DNA of 64,000 nt, from contig CALUIV010000003.1 in the NCBI GenBank assembly GCA_944320775.1, forward strand, positions 253-64,252, read 5' to 3'. Below, piece by piece: positions 30,501-38,902 of the stretch (within the stretch, counting starts at the first letter, position 1; each line of letters begins with the position of its first letter). Made by a program: the position numbers and the translations under genes. This stretch comes from an uncultured Paraprevotella sp. (GTDB taxonomy: Bacteria; Bacteroidota; Bacteroidia; Bacteroidales; Bacteroidaceae). The notes below the pieces were generated by a model. It ran no database searches and had not been told where the DNA came from. It was given only the letters and a program-made list of their open reading frames with translations.

Positions 30501-30669
30501 CACTGGCACCCGGACAGGCTACGACAACCATGGCCTGCTTGGCCGAAACGGCCGGATCCTCCAGCTTGGGCATCTGGACAAACGACAAGACACCGGCTAT
30601 GATAATGGCAACCATGAACGACCAGAACAACACCGGCCGATGCATGAAATAAGCAGTTATCTTCATCAT
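27529..30669 (-). CDS. RND efflux transporter permease subunit (AcrB/D/F family)
   Basis: 1046 aa; MPKLEDP, GMLVDNAVV, GMMVKNAIVLVD, RVRPVLMASLTT. Confidence 0.93.
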   Translation of the reverse strand: MMKITAYFMHRPVLFWSFMVAIIIAGVLSFVQMPKLEDPAVSAKQAMVVVACPGASAYEMEQNVALLLEEELRALPNVNKVKTECQNGTALFTVEFQMTVLNRDLEQHFDLLRRKVHDVSGRLPKGCYDPVVIDDLMDVYGIFYAFTADGYTYPEMYRYAKYLRRELQQVKGVKRINIAGNRSEVINIILSKEQIARNGIIPTQIMSVLQSVGSPVNAGKSVHGSERISLYVDDAVKSEDDIRKLMLQTVNGKTVCLGDIAQVERSFSEPQRNGFFVDGKPALALCIALESSAIVPDVGKAVDKKLAEAMKIVPAGMQTEKIFFQPDKVDDAISSFMWNLLESVAIVVLVLIFTMGFRSGLIIGFGLVLTVAVSFPILLLCGTTLQRISLGAFIVAMGMLVDNAVVIMDGILIDKKRGLGPKTYLYRIGKNTAWPLLGATVIAASTFLCVYLSPDSAGEYAGDLFLVLCVSLLASWVLALIQVPVCAKSWLPVREKKEVSGTDTVMRSPVHRFVRRSIAFLIGHKRTTIVLAFLLLLLSFWGMTRVKNLFFSDFDYKQYVVECFFPSATDANVVRDRLLEMSRKLSERHDVERVAVSQGSAPAHYCLVRPMTSGGDCYGELMVDCKDYETVLKQMPEVRRMLREQYPDAYIRLRKYNFSISTSHTVEVEFSGPDPAVLRRLSRQAEDIMRACPYVDAYSVQNNWKPTGKSFVAEYQQQDGVRSGIGRGDVANALLAATEGMPVGVLHDQDCLLPINLQIRNEDGSRIQDLRDVPVWSMMNMHVPSEEFGALLNGKLNSEDIQNKMFRATPLSRVVSDLHLEWDEDVVLRLNGQRVIEAECDPNPDLDDATPAKVVASIQKDIEAIQLPEGYHMRWVGEGEIQGEAIGNLMKFVPITVILILAILLLLFNSWRKVVLILICFPFVFCGIAPSLLATGQPMTFMAIIGLMGLIGMMVKNAIVLVDEINRLQTEEKMIPYQAVVEATVSRVRPVLMASLTTIVGMIPLIPDPMYSSMAIAIMGGLAVGTVITLILLPLFYTVLFRIHKS

Positions 30670-31739
30670 AGCATCCCTCCTACATTCGTTTCAGCCGGTT
30701 TCTCAAGCACCTTGACCCGTTCGCCTTCCTGAAGCATCCGGACACCGGAACGTACAATCTGCTCCTGACCTTCAAGTCCGGAAAGTACTGATACCGAATC
30801 ACCGGAAACAGAAGCTCCCAGAGTAACCGGACGACGTTGCACGGTAGAATCTTCATTCAGCACCCAGACACAAGTTTTTCCCTCGTCACGAAATACGGAA
30901 CAAAGCGGTATCGACCAGAAACCGGATGCTGCAGAATCGACCAATGATTCAATGCCGACCTCAATATTCATTCCAGACGTCACCACTTCACCCGGATTCT
31001 CTTCAAAAGCCAGATGAAGCTGATAAAGCTGATTACCATCGGCACGAGGCAGCAAGCTCTTCATGGTCATCGGCCAGAAAACATTACGCCCCCCAATGTT
31101 CGTCCGGCAGGAATAGCCCACAATAGCCTCCTTGTTCTGATAAACATCGCAAGGAACATCTGCCACGACTTCCATGCGCGATACATCCATCAGCGTAATC
31201 ACCGACATACCGGCATCAACCATTTCCGAAGCAGAGAAACCGACCGTTTGAACATATCCGGCAACCGGTGCATACAAACGGGTATAAGCCACCTTGTTTT
31301 TGTTTCCCTGCAACTGGATTTCGAGCTGTCGCAACCCGGCTTCAGCCTTTTCAAAATCATTTGCCGACAAACTCCTTTGTTCAAAAAGTGCCCTGCTGCG
31401 CGCCACCTCGTCTTTTACCTGATCATACTGAACCTGCAAAGCTTCCACACCCAAACGATAATCCTGATCATCGATCTGAGCCAGGAGCTGTCCCTGACGC
31501 ACAAAATCTCCCTCCTTCACATAAATCTGACGAATCTGTCCGGCCACTTTAAACCCCAGGTTCAATACCCGGGATTCACGTACCACACCCGAATAAGTCC
31601 GCGTAATGGTCTTACCCGTCATCACCGGTTTTGTAAGCACTACCCGATGATGCATAGCTTCCGGTTGTTCCGCCTTTTTACAGGAAAACGTCAGGAAGAC
31701 AAAAGCAAACGCTGCAATCTGAATTAATTTTCTGTTCAT
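30666..31739 (-). CDS. RND periplasmic adaptor subunit
   Basis: Lipobox FSC, LGFKVAGQI...VKEGD.V..GQLLA, LYAPVAG. Confidence 0.9.
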   Translation of the reverse strand: MNRKLIQIAAFAFVFLTFSCKKAEQPEAMHHRVVLTKPVMTGKTITRTYSGVVRESRVLNLGFKVAGQIRQIYVKEGDFVRQGQLLAQIDDQDYRLGVEALQVQYDQVKDEVARSRALFEQRSLSANDFEKAEAGLRQLEIQLQGNKNKVAYTRLYAPVAGYVQTVGFSASEMVDAGMSVITLMDVSRMEVVADVPCDVYQNKEAIVGYSCRTNIGGRNVFWPMTMKSLLPRADGNQLYQLHLAFEENPGEVVTSGMNIEVGIESLVDSAASGFWSIPLCSVFRDEGKTCVWVLNEDSTVQRRPVTLGASVSGDSVSVLSGLEGQEQIVRSGVRMLQEGERVKVLEKPAETNVGGML

Positions 31740-31931
31740 TGTTTTTTATTCTATATAGTTAATTTGTTCCAAACAGACGATCCGACCCGTTCACGTACGG
31801 ATTTTATCTGCAAAATTGCGGAATCGCAATCAATAAAGCATTTCCTTATCAGTGAGAAAAATAATCCAAAGGATGAATATTGCGTAAATATCAAAAGAAA
31901 AAGAGTATTTTTGTCATCAAAAAGATGATTT

Positions 31932-32843
31932 ATGAAAAAGACCAGCCCATCCTTTATTAATCTGAACCTGATCGACCTTTCTGTATTGAAAGAAGCGGTC
32001 TATTTGGATAATGAACTGATTTTGATAGACAATTTCAGTCTGTCGCATATCGACTCAAACAGTGCCGCATTCTTTGCCAATTATCCTATAAAGCTGTCTT
32101 TTACAGTCATTATCCTGCTTCAATCCGGTTCCATGAAATTCCGCATCAATCTGAAAGAATATGAAGCTAAACCGCAGGACATCATTGCCGTTCAAAAAGG
32201 AGCTATCGGAGAATTTCTATATACGGATCCTGATGCACAGGTTGCCGTAATTGCCTTTGGAAATGAATATTTCCGCATGACAGCACATCCGGAGGCAGCC
32301 ATGAAACTGCAACAAGTTGTCTATAACCATCCGGTAAATCATTGTCCAAAAGAGCTTTTCGAAGAAACGTTGATGATCTACCGGTTCATGAAGCAAAAAA
32401 CTACGGAAACTCAAAACCCGTTCCGGAAAGACCTGCTGCAAGCTTGCACACAAGTCTTTATGTATAACACCTCGTCTTATTTCCTGACGGCATCCCACCT
32501 TCCGGAAACACCCCTACAGGACAACCGGCAGCATGAAATCTACATGCGCTTCATTCAAGAAGTCCAAAAGCATTATACCAAAGAACGCAGCGTCACTTAT
32601 TATGCCGATCTTCTGTGTATCACGCCCAAATATCTGTCCCAAACCGTGCGGAAAGCCAGCGGACGGTTTGCCGGAGAATGGATCACGCAATACGTAATTC
32701 TGGAAGCCAAGGCACTCATTAAAAGCAGAAAATACACCATGCAGCAGATCAGCGAAAAACTAAACTTTCCCAACCAGTCTTTCTTTGGCAAATATTTCAA
32801 GAAAAAAGTGGGCTGCACACCAAAGGAATATCAAAAAACATAA
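31932..32843 (+). CDS. AraC family transcriptional regulator
   Basis: C-terminal HTH: YYADLLCITPKYLS...QQISEKLNFPNQSFFGKYFKKKVGCTP; divergent from the RND operon. Confidence 0.92.
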   Translation: MKKTSPSFINLNLIDLSVLKEAVYLDNELILIDNFSLSHIDSNSAAFFANYPIKLSFTVIILLQSGSMKFRINLKEYEAKPQDIIAVQKGAIGEFLYTDPDAQVAVIAFGNEYFRMTAHPEAAMKLQQVVYNHPVNHCPKELFEETLMIYRFMKQKTTETQNPFRKDLLQACTQVFMYNTSSYFLTASHLPETPLQDNRQHEIYMRFIQEVQKHYTKERSVTYYADLLCITPKYLSQTVRKASGRFAGEWITQYVILEAKALIKSRKYTMQQISEKLNFPNQSFFGKYFKKKVGCTPKEYQKT

Positions 32844-32855
32844 TTGGGAAAAAAT

Positions 32856-32927
32856 CAGTTGGGCATCTCGTTGAAATCAGATCAGCATCTCGTTGAAACC
32901 AGTTGGGCATCTCGTGAAAGTCAGTTG
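32856..32927. repeat. Tandem 22-bp repeat, about 3.3 copies (cagttgggcatctcgttgaaa consensus)
   Basis: gcatctcg at 32863, 32885, 32907; cagttg/cagatc at 32856, 32878, 32900, 32922. Confidence 0.85.
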
Positions 32928-32934
32928 CCGGCAC

Positions 32935-32962
32935 AAAAAAGAGATGCCCGTCGGGGCATCTC
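32935..32962 (-). terminator. Rubrerythrin terminator
   Basis: gagatgccc-gtcg-gggcatctc stem with an A6 tract on the left (U tract on the minus strand). Confidence 0.8.
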
Positions 32963-32990
32963 CTCATTTCCTGTCAAATCTAACTATAAA

Positions 32991-33569
32991 TTAATAATTC
33001 GTTTTCTTCACTTCGAAGTAAGCCTGCGGATGCTGGCAAGCCGGACATACCTTAGGCGCATCCTTGCCCTTTACCGTATAACCACAGTTACGGCACTGCC
33101 ATACTACTTCTTCATCCTTGCTGAATACGCGCTCTGCCTCAATATTGTCAACGAAAGCCTGATAGCGCTCTTCATGTCCTTTTTCAGCCACAGAAATCAT
33201 GCGATACATGGCAGCAATAGCCGGAAATCCTTCTTCATCTGCAATATCAGCAAACTTAGGATAATCAAGACTCCACTCTTCATGCTCACCTGCTGCAGCC
33301 GCTTTCAGATTCTCCAAAGTAGTTCCGATAACTCCGGCAGGGAATGTCGCTGTAATTTCAACCATACCACCCTCAAGCCACTTGAACATACGTTTTGCAT
33401 GCTCTTTCTCCTGATCAGCAGTCTCAGCAAAGATAGCGGCAATCTGCTCATATCCTTCCTTCTTAGCTACACTTGCAAAATAAGTATAACGCATGCGTGC
33501 CTGTGATTCACCTGCAAATGAAGTCATCAAATTCTTCTCTGTACGGGTTCCTTTTAAGCTCTTTTCCAT
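32991..33569 (-). CDS. rbr: Rubrerythrin
   Basis: AFAGESQAR-type helix (SFAGESQAR), EKEHA, EKGHEER diiron ligands, C-terminal CRNC...CPAC rubredoxin domain; start MEKSLKG at 33569. Confidence 0.96.
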   Translation of the reverse strand: MEKSLKGTRTEKNLMTSFAGESQARMRYTYFASVAKKEGYEQIAAIFAETADQEKEHAKRMFKWLEGGMVEITATFPAGVIGTTLENLKAAAAGEHEEWSLDYPKFADIADEEGFPAIAAMYRMISVAEKGHEERYQAFVDNIEAERVFSKDEEVVWQCRNCGYTVKGKDAPKVCPACQHPQAYFEVKKTNY

Positions 33570-33654
33570 AATCATATCTTTTTTATTAGTTCGTAAATAC
33601 CAAAATTGCTTTTTTGTTTTTGCTGATGCAAAGATAAGAATAATATTTCAAAGT

Positions 33655-33669
33655 TTGTAATAATTACAA
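33655..33669. promoter_or_regulatory. PerR/Fur-like 7-1-7 box upstream of rbr
   Basis: Perfect TTGTAAT-A-ATTACAA, about 19 bp upstream of the minus-strand TATCTTTG at 33629-33636. Confidence 0.6.
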
Positions 33670-33785
33670 TTATTATTTTAATAAATAAACCTTTTTTTAT
33701 AATACTATTACATAATCACAGATTTCAGCCTTATCCATAAAAACAACTATGGTGCTAACAAAGTGCAAGGTAGGAAAAGAAATAG

Positions 33786-33828
33786 AAAAAAACAATCGCT
33801 GAGAACCGTTTTTTTATTCCCAGCGATT
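33786..33828 (-). terminator. his operon terminator
   Basis: aatcgctgagaa / ttcccagcgatt (one G-U pair in the minus-strand RNA) followed by a U tract. Confidence 0.7.
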
Positions 33829-33844
33829 ATTTAGTCATACAAAA

Positions 33845-34948
33845 TTATAAAACACCTTTGCTCGAAGGCAATTCATAATGGTATATGTCCCGCCGAACCG
33901 CCATTTTCAGACTTCGTGCGAAGGCTTTGAATATTCCTTCGATTTTGTGATGCTCATTCTCGCCACGCGCCTTGATGTTCAGATTCATCCGCGCGGCATC
34001 GCTCAAGCTTTTGAAGAAATGCAGGAACATCTCTGTCGGCATCTCACCGATGCGCTCACGATGGAACTCGGCATCCCAGACCAGCCAGGGCCGTCCACCG
34101 AAATCCAAAGCCACCTGACAGAGACAATCATCCATCGGAAGCGTATAGCCATAACGTTCGATGCCGCGCTTGCTGCCCAATGCCTGATTGATGCAATCGC
34201 CCAAGGCAAGGGCGGTGTCTTCGATGGTGTGATGCTCATCGACATGCAAATCTCCTACTGTACGGATATACAGGTCGATGTTGCCATGCCGCGCAATCTG
34301 TTCAAGCATGTGGTCAAAGAATCCCAAGCCTGTGGCAATATCAGCCCGACCGTTTCCGTCAAGATTCAGACGGACGCAAATATCGGTTTCGCTCGTTTTG
34401 CGGCAAACCTCAGCCCGACGTTCTCCGGCAAACAGCAATTCGGCAATCTCGGCCCAAGAGGACACGTAAGTGATCATCGGGTCGTCGAAAGAACCGGCAT
34501 CCTTTTCCTTTAAGATCAATCCCCGACACCCTAAATTCTTGGCCAGTTGGGCATCGGTCTCCCGATCGCCAATCACATAACTGTTAGCCAGATCGTAACT
34601 TCCGTCCATATAGTCGGTAAGCATGGCCGTACCGGGTTTTCGGGTAGGCAGGTTTTCGTGAGGGAAACTGCGGTCGATCAAGATACGGTCGAACGTGATA
34701 CCTTCTCCTTCAAGGGTGCGCAGCATCAGATTATGAGCCGGCCAGAAGGTTTCTTCCGGAAACGACGGCGTGCCCAGTCCGTCCTGATTGCTGACCATCA
34801 CAAACTCAAAATCCAGATGGCTGCGGACAAATCCTAAATGACGCATCACTCCGGGCACAAAGGCAAGTTTCTCGAAACTGTCAATCTGTTCATCGGCCGG
34901 CTCCTGAATCAGGGTACCGTCGCGATCTATAAACAAGACTCTCTTCAT
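33845..34948 (-). CDS. hisB: Bifunctional histidinol-phosphatase / imidazoleglycerol-phosphate dehydratase
   Basis: [11 protein letters not shown] domain; [32 protein letters not shown]. Confidence 0.96.
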   Translation of the reverse strand: MKRVLFIDRDGTLIQEPADEQIDSFEKLAFVPGVMRHLGFVRSHLDFEFVMVSNQDGLGTPSFPEETFWPAHNLMLRTLEGEGITFDRILIDRSFPHENLPTRKPGTAMLTDYMDGSYDLANSYVIGDRETDAQLAKNLGCRGLILKEKDAGSFDDPMITYVSSWAEIAELLFAGERRAEVCRKTSETDICVRLNLDGNGRADIATGLGFFDHMLEQIARHGNIDLYIRTVGDLHVDEHHTIEDTALALGDCINQALGSKRGIERYGYTLPMDDCLCQVALDFGGRPWLVWDAEFHRERIGEMPTEMFLHFFKSLSDAARMNLNIKARGENEHHKIEGIFKAFARSLKMAVRRDIYHYELPSSKGVL

Positions 34949-34981
34949 ATATATTATACGAATTTACGGGATTAATATGAC

Positions 34982-36031
34982 TCATTTCTGCTCCCACTGA
35001 TACTGGCGAAGAGCTGCCATAAGTTGGGTATTCTCTTTCTGAGTACCTATCGTAACACGCAAACAATTGTCGCATAGAGCTACCCGTGAACGGTTACGCA
35101 CGATGATGCCCCGACGCACCAGATAATTGTAAACACGTTCGGCATCATCTACACGGGCCAAAAAGAAATTGGCATTGGTGGGATACACCTGACGGCAGAA
35201 AGTAAGATCGGCAAAAGCCGCCATGACATGGGCACGCTCAGCCATGATGCTGGCCACCCATTTATCGATATCGTAACGCTTGCGCAACATGGCAAGCGCC
35301 TGCTGCTGGGTCAGGAGATTGACATTGTAAGGATATTTCACCTTGTTGAACAAAGAAATGATCTCTGTTGAGGCATAAGCCATTCCCAGACGGATACCGG
35401 CACTGGCCCAGGCTTTGGAAAATGTGTTGAGCACAATCAGATTGGGATACTGGGCCAACTCTAAGCGGAACGGTTTCTGACGGGAAAAGTCAGAATAGGC
35501 TTCGTCGATGACCACAATGCCGGAGAACGTGCTCAAAAGCCGGACCATCTCATCCCGGTTCAAGTCGTTTCCCGTAGGATTGTTGGGCGAACAGAGGAAA
35601 ATGACCTTTGTATGGACATCACAGGCTTTCAGCAGGGCATCAGCCGTAAACTGATAAGTAGCATCGAGCGACACGGTGCGATATTCTACTCCGTTGATTT
35701 CAGCACAAACCTGATACATGCCGTAGGTGGGCGAAATAGCCACGACATTGTCTACACGGGGCTCACAGAACACGCGGAACACCAGATCGATTGCTTCGTC
35801 ACTGCCGTTGCCTAAAAAGATGTTGGCCGCAGGCACTTCTTTCACCACGGACAACTGTTCCTTGAGCTCATGCTGCAACGGGTCGGGATAACGGTTGTAA
35901 GGCGGATTGAACGGATTCTCATTGGCATCGAGAAACACGGTGGCCTCGAAACCGCTGTATTCATCACGTGCGGAACTGTATGGTTTCAGACTCCATATAT
36001 TGGGGCGGACTAATTCTTTCAATGGTTTCAT
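34982..36031 (-). CDS. hisC: Histidinol-phosphate aminotransferase
   Basis: [39 protein letters not shown]. Confidence 0.96.
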   Translation of the reverse strand: MKPLKELVRPNIWSLKPYSSARDEYSGFEATVFLDANENPFNPPYNRYPDPLQHELKEQLSVVKEVPAANIFLGNGSDEAIDLVFRVFCEPRVDNVVAISPTYGMYQVCAEINGVEYRTVSLDATYQFTADALLKACDVHTKVIFLCSPNNPTGNDLNRDEMVRLLSTFSGIVVIDEAYSDFSRQKPFRLELAQYPNLIVLNTFSKAWASAGIRLGMAYASTEIISLFNKVKYPYNVNLLTQQQALAMLRKRYDIDKWVASIMAERAHVMAAFADLTFCRQVYPTNANFFLARVDDAERVYNYLVRRGIIVRNRSRVALCDNCLRVTIGTQKENTQLMAALRQYQWEQK

Positions 36032-36063
36032 AGCTGCGTATGATTTTTGATAAGACTTCTGTT

Positions 36064-37347
36064 CTACTTCAAACTCTCCAGACGAATGGACATAGCATTG
36101 CGATGGGCATCCAGTTCTTCGTTGGCCGCGAGAATTTCTACAGCCGGACCGATCCGGCGGATTCCTTCGGGCGTAAGCTCCTGGAACGTAATCTTGCGAT
36201 GATAACTGTCGAGATTCACACCGCTGTATGCCGTGGCATATCCGTTAGTGGGCAAGGTGTGGTTGGTGCCCGATGCATAATCGCCGGCACTCTCAGGGGT
36301 ATAGGAACCTAAAAAGACACTACCGGCATTCACCACTCCGGCTGCCAGTTCCATGTAATCGGCCGTCTCGATAATCAGATGCTCGGGCGCATAATGATTG
36401 GTCAGAGCCAGAGCCTCTTCCCGATTGCGCACCAACACAATCTTGCTGTTCTCCAACGAACGGGATGCGATGTCGCGACGCGGCAAACGGGACAATTGGG
36501 CAGACACTTCGGCCTCAACCTTGGAAATAAGTGCCTCGTCGGTCGTCACTAAAAGCACCTGACTGTCGACACCATGCTCAGCCTGTGAAAGCAAATCGGC
36601 GGCCACAAAAGCCGGATTGGCCGTAGCATCGGCCAGGACTTCCACTTCGGAAGGTCCGGCCGGCATATCAATGGCTACATCGTGCAGCGAAACTTGCTGC
36701 TTGGCCGCCATCACATACTGGTTTCCGGGACCGAATATCTTATAGACTTTAGGAACGGTCTGTGTGCCATAAGCCATGGCTCCGATTGCCTGAACGCCGC
36801 CGGCCTTGAAAATCCGGTCTACGCCGGCCACACGTGCCGCATAAAGAATAGCCGGGTGAACTTTACCCTGACGGTTGGGCGGAGTACAGAGCACGATTTC
36901 GCGACAGCCGGCGATTTTGGCCGGAGTGGCCAGCATCAGCACGGTGGAAAACAAGGGCGCCGTTCCACCGGGAATATAGAGTCCGACTTTCTCGATGGGA
37001 ACCGCCTTCTGCCAACAGGTGACTCCGGGAACCACCTCGACCGGCTGACCGGTGAACTGCTGGCTGGCGTGGAATTTATGTATATTGGCATGAGCCAGCC
37101 GAAGGGATTCCTTCAACTCGTCGCTGACAAGCAGTTCGGCTTCAGCCCATTCCCCGGCACTGACTTCCAACGAAGAGAGGGCCACATGGTCGAACTGCAA
37201 TTCATAATCAAGAACGGCCTGATCGCCTTCGGCACGCACACGGTCCAGCACCGTGCAAACCGTTTCGCGCAAGGTTTCGACCTGCATCACGGGACGTTTC
37301 AGGAGTTCGTCCCACTGTTCGGGATTCGGATATCGGATGACATTCAT
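36064..37347 (-). CDS. hisD: Histidinol dehydrogenase
   Basis: [47 protein letters not shown]. Confidence 0.97.
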   Translation of the reverse strand: MNVIRYPNPEQWDELLKRPVMQVETLRETVCTVLDRVRAEGDQAVLDYELQFDHVALSSLEVSAGEWAEAELLVSDELKESLRLAHANIHKFHASQQFTGQPVEVVPGVTCWQKAVPIEKVGLYIPGGTAPLFSTVLMLATPAKIAGCREIVLCTPPNRQGKVHPAILYAARVAGVDRIFKAGGVQAIGAMAYGTQTVPKVYKIFGPGNQYVMAAKQQVSLHDVAIDMPAGPSEVEVLADATANPAFVAADLLSQAEHGVDSQVLLVTTDEALISKVEAEVSAQLSRLPRRDIASRSLENSKIVLVRNREEALALTNHYAPEHLIIETADYMELAAGVVNAGSVFLGSYTPESAGDYASGTNHTLPTNGYATAYSGVNLDSYHRKITFQELTPEGIRRIGPAVEILAANEELDAHRNAMSIRLESLK

Positions 37348-37359
37348 AACTGCTTGTTT

Positions 37360-38211
37360 TTAAAGAATCATTTTTTCAATAGGAATAACCAAAATGCCCT
37401 GGGCACCGAGTTCTTTCAGACGACTGATAATTTCCCAAAAACTTTTTTCATCGATGACCGTATGAACACTGCTCCACCCTTCTTGTGCCAATGGCATCAC
37501 CGTTGGACTCTTGGCACCCGGCAATACAGCAACAATATCTTCCACTTTGTCTGTCGGTACGTTCATTAATACGTATTTTTTATCTTCGGCACTTTTCACA
37601 GCTTCAATACGGAACAACAATTCGTCCAATATGGCCCGCTTTTCGGCAGTGAGCTGTTTGTTGGCTATCAGCAGCGCTTCGCTCTTCATGACTACTTCCA
37701 CTTCACTCAGATTGTTGCTGACCAAAGTGGAACCGGAGCTGACAATATCAAATATGGCATCGGCCAGACCGATTCCAGGCGCGATCTCGACAGAACCCGT
37801 AATGACATGAATATCGGCGCAAACACCCTGACTTTCCATAAATGTGCGCAAAATACCGGGATAAGAAGTGGCTATCTTTTTTCCTTCAAACCAATGAACC
37901 CCCGGATAATCCACAGATTTGGGAATAGCCAGAGATAACCGGCATTTACTGAATCCTAGAGGACGGACCACTTCGGCATCCTCAGCCCGTTCAACAAATT
38001 CGTTTTCACCGACAATACCGACATCGGCAACCCCACTAGCTACAGACTGAGGTATATCGTCGTCCCGAAGATAAAGAATCTCGACTGGAAAGTTTGATGA
38101 CTGAACCAGAAGCGTACGCTTCGATGAACTCACTTTGATACCGGCTTCGGCAAGCAGGGCCATAGTGTCTTCATTCAGACGACCCTTAGATTGTACTGCT
38201 ATACGTAACAT
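37360..38211 (-). CDS. hisG: ATP phosphoribosyltransferase (long form)
   Basis: RIAVQSKGRL, RDDDIP, IATSYP, GSVEIAP.IGLADAIFDIVSSGSTL. Confidence 0.97.
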   Translation of the reverse strand: MLRIAVQSKGRLNEDTMALLAEAGIKVSSSKRTLLVQSSNFPVEILYLRDDDIPQSVASGVADVGIVGENEFVERAEDAEVVRPLGFSKCRLSLAIPKSVDYPGVHWFEGKKIATSYPGILRTFMESQGVCADIHVITGSVEIAPGIGLADAIFDIVSSGSTLVSNNLSEVEVVMKSEALLIANKQLTAEKRAILDELLFRIEAVKSAEDKKYVLMNVPTDKVEDIVAVLPGAKSPTVMPLAQEGWSSVHTVIDEKSFWEIISRLKELGAQGILVIPIEKMIL

Positions 38212-38257
38212 TTCTTATATTTTTAATATTAAACCCATTTTAAAACAAACTCATATG

Positions 38258-38297
38258 AAACAAAAAAGGCTCACCTGATATCGGCAAGCCTTTTGTT
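38258..38297 (-). terminator. his attenuator terminator
   Basis: Minus strand aaaaggct...agcctttt followed by a U-rich tail, between the leader peptide and hisG. Confidence 0.75.
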
Positions 38298-38332
38298 ATT
38301 CTCATGATACACATAGATACATAGATAATCGC

Positions 38333-38392
38333 CTACCGAGTGCGTGACACGTTAGGATGATGATGGTGATATGTAACTAGTGAACAATACAT
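38333..38392 (-). CDS. hisL: his operon leader peptide MYCSLVTYHHHHPNVSRTR (19 aa; not in ORF track)
   Basis: Translated by hand; four tandem His codons; lies between a TATTTTTG promoter element and the attenuator hairpin. Confidence 0.85.
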   Translation of the reverse strand: MYCSLVTYHHHHPNVSRTR

Positions 38393-38471
38393 ACTTTTTA
38401 GTTTTCGTGGCAAAAATAATAGTTATTACCCATTTTTGCAAACAAAACGCTATTTTTTTAGCGGAAATAAA

Positions 38472-38771
38472 TTACAATTCATAATCAACACAAGAACGGG
38501 CTGCCTTGTAAGGACCAATAATGGAAGCTGCAGCCAGATGCTCGGGATGTATGGAATAGGCCATCACAGCCTCCATAGAATCAAACTCACTGACCAAAGC
38601 CAGATCGAACGTTTCGGAAGGATTCCGGTTAATGCCCACCTCGATATGACGAATGAAACGAATCTTGGCCGGCAATGCTTCTATAGCCTGTTTAAACTGA
38701 AGCATAATATCCTCTTTAAGCGCGGCATCCATATCAGCTTTCAACTGAAATAGAACTACATGTTTTACCAT
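38472..38771 (-). CDS. Dabb family stress-responsive A/B barrel protein
   Basis: MVKHVVLFQLK...FDLALVSEFDS...YSIHPEH. Confidence 0.88.
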   Translation of the reverse strand: MVKHVVLFQLKADMDAALKEDIMLQFKQAIEALPAKIRFIRHIEVGINRNPSETFDLALVSEFDSMEAVMAYSIHPEHLAAASIIGPYKAARSCVDYEL

Positions 38772-38804
38772 AAATTGTTCTGTGTTTTTTTAATTTATAT
38801 TCAT

Positions 38805-38860
38805 TATCTTTGCAAAGATAGTTTTTTCGACTTAATTATAAAACAACAAAAATATTTTTG
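38805..38860. promoter_or_regulatory. Two palindromic double -7 promoter elements in the Dabb/helicase intergenic region
   Basis: TATCTTTGCAAAGATA (38805-38820) and CAAAAATATTTTTG (38847-38860) each give TAnnTTTG on both strands. Confidence 0.6.
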
Positions 38861-38902
38861 TTGCAAAAAATATACAGCAAAATTCTTGCAAGCGAAACAA
38901 TA

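Noticed and set aside
26185-32843. RND efflux cluster with AraC as a novel resistance island
   Set aside because: Common Bacteroidales arrangement; no integrase, transposase or flanking direct repeats seen.
32856-32927. 22-bp repeats as a CRISPR array
   Set aside because: Directly tandem with no unique spacers, too short, and no cas genes nearby.
36682-37569. 295-aa plus-strand ORF opposite hisD/hisG (also 14464-15213, 31014-31727, 33878-34513 and many shorter ones)
   Set aside because: Antisense shadows of well-supported genes with no protein-family signal.
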